A DNA stretch of 64,000 nucleotides from Paragordius varius (taxonomy: Eukaryota > Animalia > Nematomorpha). This document shows positions 61,564 to 64,000 of this stretch, one piece after another. The first letter of the stretch is position 1, and every line of letters starts with the position of its first letter. The position numbers were made by a program, and so were the translations under genes. Below the pieces are notes generated by a model. The model worked only from the letters and a program-made list of their open reading frames with translations, did not search any database and was not told the origin of the DNA. The stretch lies in assembly GCA_964247055.1 (NCBI GenBank), contig OZ176056.1:6448001-6512000 (forward strand), written 5' to 3'.

Positions 61564-64000
61564 GAGCAAAGACAAATAATTTATTCTAACATAAAACTAA
61601 AAAATGCATAACATTATATATTTCTAGTTCGGTGTTGTCAATTGAATGGATTCATTAGTAAAATTGTTTATAAATATCATTTTGACCAAGATTTTGTAAG
61701 CATTTTGAAAATTTTTCGCGTGCCGCATGTCCTGTTTTAGACACCCCTCATAAATCCATTATTTTAAGCAAAACAGTAAATCTTTATTTACTCAAAATCT
61801 ATAAGTTTAGCCATAAAATTGGCTTAAAAACTACAGTGTAAAAGTCGGGATTAATATAAAAATTTACCGCGACGTATGATTTATATATTAACTTATTATA
61901 AGTAAAAAATAACATAAAATACTCGTAGAATTTTCTGGAACCGTAGTCTTTTCATCCATTTTCCCTTCTATTTCAGATGATGGTAAGTTTATGCTTGGAG
62001 TCGGTTGTGTCGGATCATATGTATTATTATTCTCATTAGAACTATTTTTGCTAGCATCTAAATAATCACTTTTATTCGAATTTAAAGATGGTGTTCCATT
62101 GTTTGAAACCATATTATTTAAGGAGGGTGAAATCAAAAACCCAGTAGGTGGTGTATTCATAGTAGGCCCAGCTAGGGGAGAGACCAGGTTAGGTGGGGTA
62201 ACGGCCCGCCCCACCCGCAAAAATTGACCGCCCAAATCAAACAAATTCATGGCGGCCATGGCATCCTCGGCAGCTTGACCGGTGGAATATTCGATGAAAC
62301 CGTAACCTCTGTGAGAAAATAAAAAAAAAGTAAAAATTAAAATTGAATAAAGAAAAGCATTTTTTAAAGCAGTTATAATAATTTTATAAATATATATATA
62401 TATATATATATATCTATATATATGTATGTGATCATACTATCAAGTTTTAAATTAAATAATAGAGAGAGGTAATTTGTCCACATAATCTATGATGATTCAA
62501 AATTATAATTATGTATTAAAGTTACAATTTTAAAGTCAAAATTAAAAAACTAGACGAACAATTTTTTGATATAACCAATATTTAACACTTGGATACAAAA
62601 CTTTCATTTTAGTCCTTCGATTCAAATTGGGGTAGTTGGATATCCCAGGCCTGATTAAACATAAATTCGTTAAAATATGGAAGGAATTAACACCATGATT
62701 TTGCACTTAAATAATATTAAAACTTGAAATATGTCAAAAATTTTGTTCAAAAATACTTGATATTACTTATTTTAAGCTAAAACCGAAAGATAAAAATTTA
62801 GCCAACGTGACATGTGTGCAATGGTAAAATTAAAAATAATATCAAATAAACCTCTTTTTCTATAATGTTAGATGTAATTTAAATAAAAAATTAGCTTTAA
62901 TTTTACCCTTAAAATTAAATAAAGACGAAAATTTGCAAAAAATTTTATTTAGATATTTTGGAATATTTATATAATTTTTATTAGGATAGTAGCAGAAATT
63001 CAAATTGAGACCGTTTCCTTCAGTAGTATGCTCCTAATTTAAACAATTTGATTTGAAGTGTTAAGGGATAGAGATTATTTAAACCATGTTCAATATTATC
63101 ATATTATTCAAAATTATATAATAGTGGGCATAAACCTCTGAAAAGCGTCACATAAAATCATAAAAATAAATATTACAACTCCTAATACCGAAAACTTCAA
63201 AAACAGATTAATAGATATCAAATCATATTCATACATTTTTAACACTAAATAACAGACTATTTTAGACCAAATTTTTATATATTTTTTGACCCAAGACATA
63301 AACTTTTATCACATTAAAACACTAATAAGTGTTTGGTGGTAAGGGGTATATAAACCATACCAAAAAACCCGTTTTTTCAAACAAAACTCATTTTTTAAAC
63401 AAAGCCTCATAATTACTTAAAAAAGTCATTTTAAAATCAAATATTCTTCAAATGAATTTTGGAAATTAACATTTTTCTAGGCTATTTAAGTATAAAAAAA
63501 CTTGTGTTTTGTCGTCAAGGGGATAGGAGCCAGCTTACAACTCCGGACATGACCAAAATCTTCAAAAACAGATTTATGATAAATTTAACCAACCAACATT
63601 TTTAAAACCCAATTCATACAATTTTAAATCAAATTTTCATAAATTTTTTGAACCAAGACATAATAAACTTTTATCACATTATAACGATATGTTTGATGGT
63701 AAGGGGTATATGAACCATGTTAAAAAAACTCATTTTTCGAACAAAGCCTCATACTCACTTAAAAATAGTGAATTTAAAACACAAATATTCATACGTTTTT
63801 TCAAAAAATGTTAGAAATTAACATTTTTCTAGGCTATTTAAGTATAAAAAAACTTGTGTTTTGTCGTCAAGGGGATAGGGGCCAACTTACAACTCCGGAC
63901 ATGACCAAACGCTTCAAAAACCGATTTAACATCATCCTCAGTTAGCTCGGGGTGTATGCTAGCCACATAAAGTCTATGATATGTTCGCGCCTCACGTCTA
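59248..64000 (-). CDS. PUF60: Poly(U)-binding splicing factor PUF60 / half pint, 3' part (RRM2, linker, UHM); 5' exons outside the window
   Basis: Exons: (>64000)-63854, 62308-61923, 61354-61068, 60560-60258, 59877-59694, 59357-59248; phases chain. [55 protein letters not shown]; [21 protein letters not shown]|[57 protein letters not shown]. Confidence 0.95.
61466..61749. mobile_element. hAT (Charlie-like) MITE
   Basis: CAGGGGTGTCCAAAAC ... GCCGCATGTCCTGTTTTAGACACCCCT, with an internal (TA)n. Confidence 0.7.
62586..63060 (+). mobile_element. piggyBac-like MITE, family D
   Basis: TTAA|CACTTGGATAC...TTCGATTCAAATTGGGG ... TTTGATTTGAAGTG|TTAA; TTAA on both flanks. Confidence 0.8.
63170..63925 (-). 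repeat. Tandem repeat (~350-370-bp period) containing the 3' end and donor of a PUF60 RRM2 exon
   Basis: 63440-63575 is near-identical to 63795-63925 (ggctatttaagtataaaaaaacttgtgttttgtcgtcaagggga..cttacaactccggacatgaccaaa..ttcaaaaac.gattta). 63280-63420 matches 63650-63780, and a third exon remnant lies at 63170-63215. Confidence 0.9.

Noticed and set aside
1-64000. Genome-wide reassignment of TAA; tRNA, rRNA or snoRNA genes
   Set aside because: About 3300 reconstructed codons of POLA1 and MAN2A contain no internal stop, and TAA, TAG and TGA all terminate genes here. No cloverleaf, rRNA or convincing box C/D or H/ACA structure was seen by eye; a covariance-model search would be needed to exclude them.

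Overview
Very AT-rich animal genomic DNA, standard genetic code, rich in introns and MITEs. No RNA genes, CRISPR arrays or prokaryotic features were seen. Four spliced genes were reconstructed by hand from reading frame, GT/GC-AG sites and motif homology. (1) The last two exons of a GH18 chitinase-like gene (+, to 2731). (2) A complete DNA polymerase alpha catalytic subunit, POLA1 (+, 4448-31076, 31 exons, about 2020 aa). (3) A complete Golgi alpha-mannosidase II, MAN2A (-, 56843-36647, 23 exons, about 1270 aa). (4) The 3' part of the splicing factor PUF60 (-, from beyond 64000 to 59248). A small antisense membrane-protein ORF is nested in POLA1 intron 5. Between the convergent 3' ends of POLA1 and MAN2A lies a 4.36-kb foldback palindrome with about 2.1-kb arms and internal arrays of a ~110-bp unit. 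Introns hold several non-autonomous DNA-transposon families (Tc1/mariner-like CAGT ends, an unassigned CCATTT-ended group with subterminal arrays, piggyBac-like, hAT-like, Helentron-like) and a decayed RTE LINE. Most unusual: 26- and 28-nt first introns, three independent tandem duplications of exon 3' end plus splice donor, the foldback element, the nested gene, and exon-like frames interrupted only by TAA. Splice sites and repeat ends are manual calls; no database search was run.
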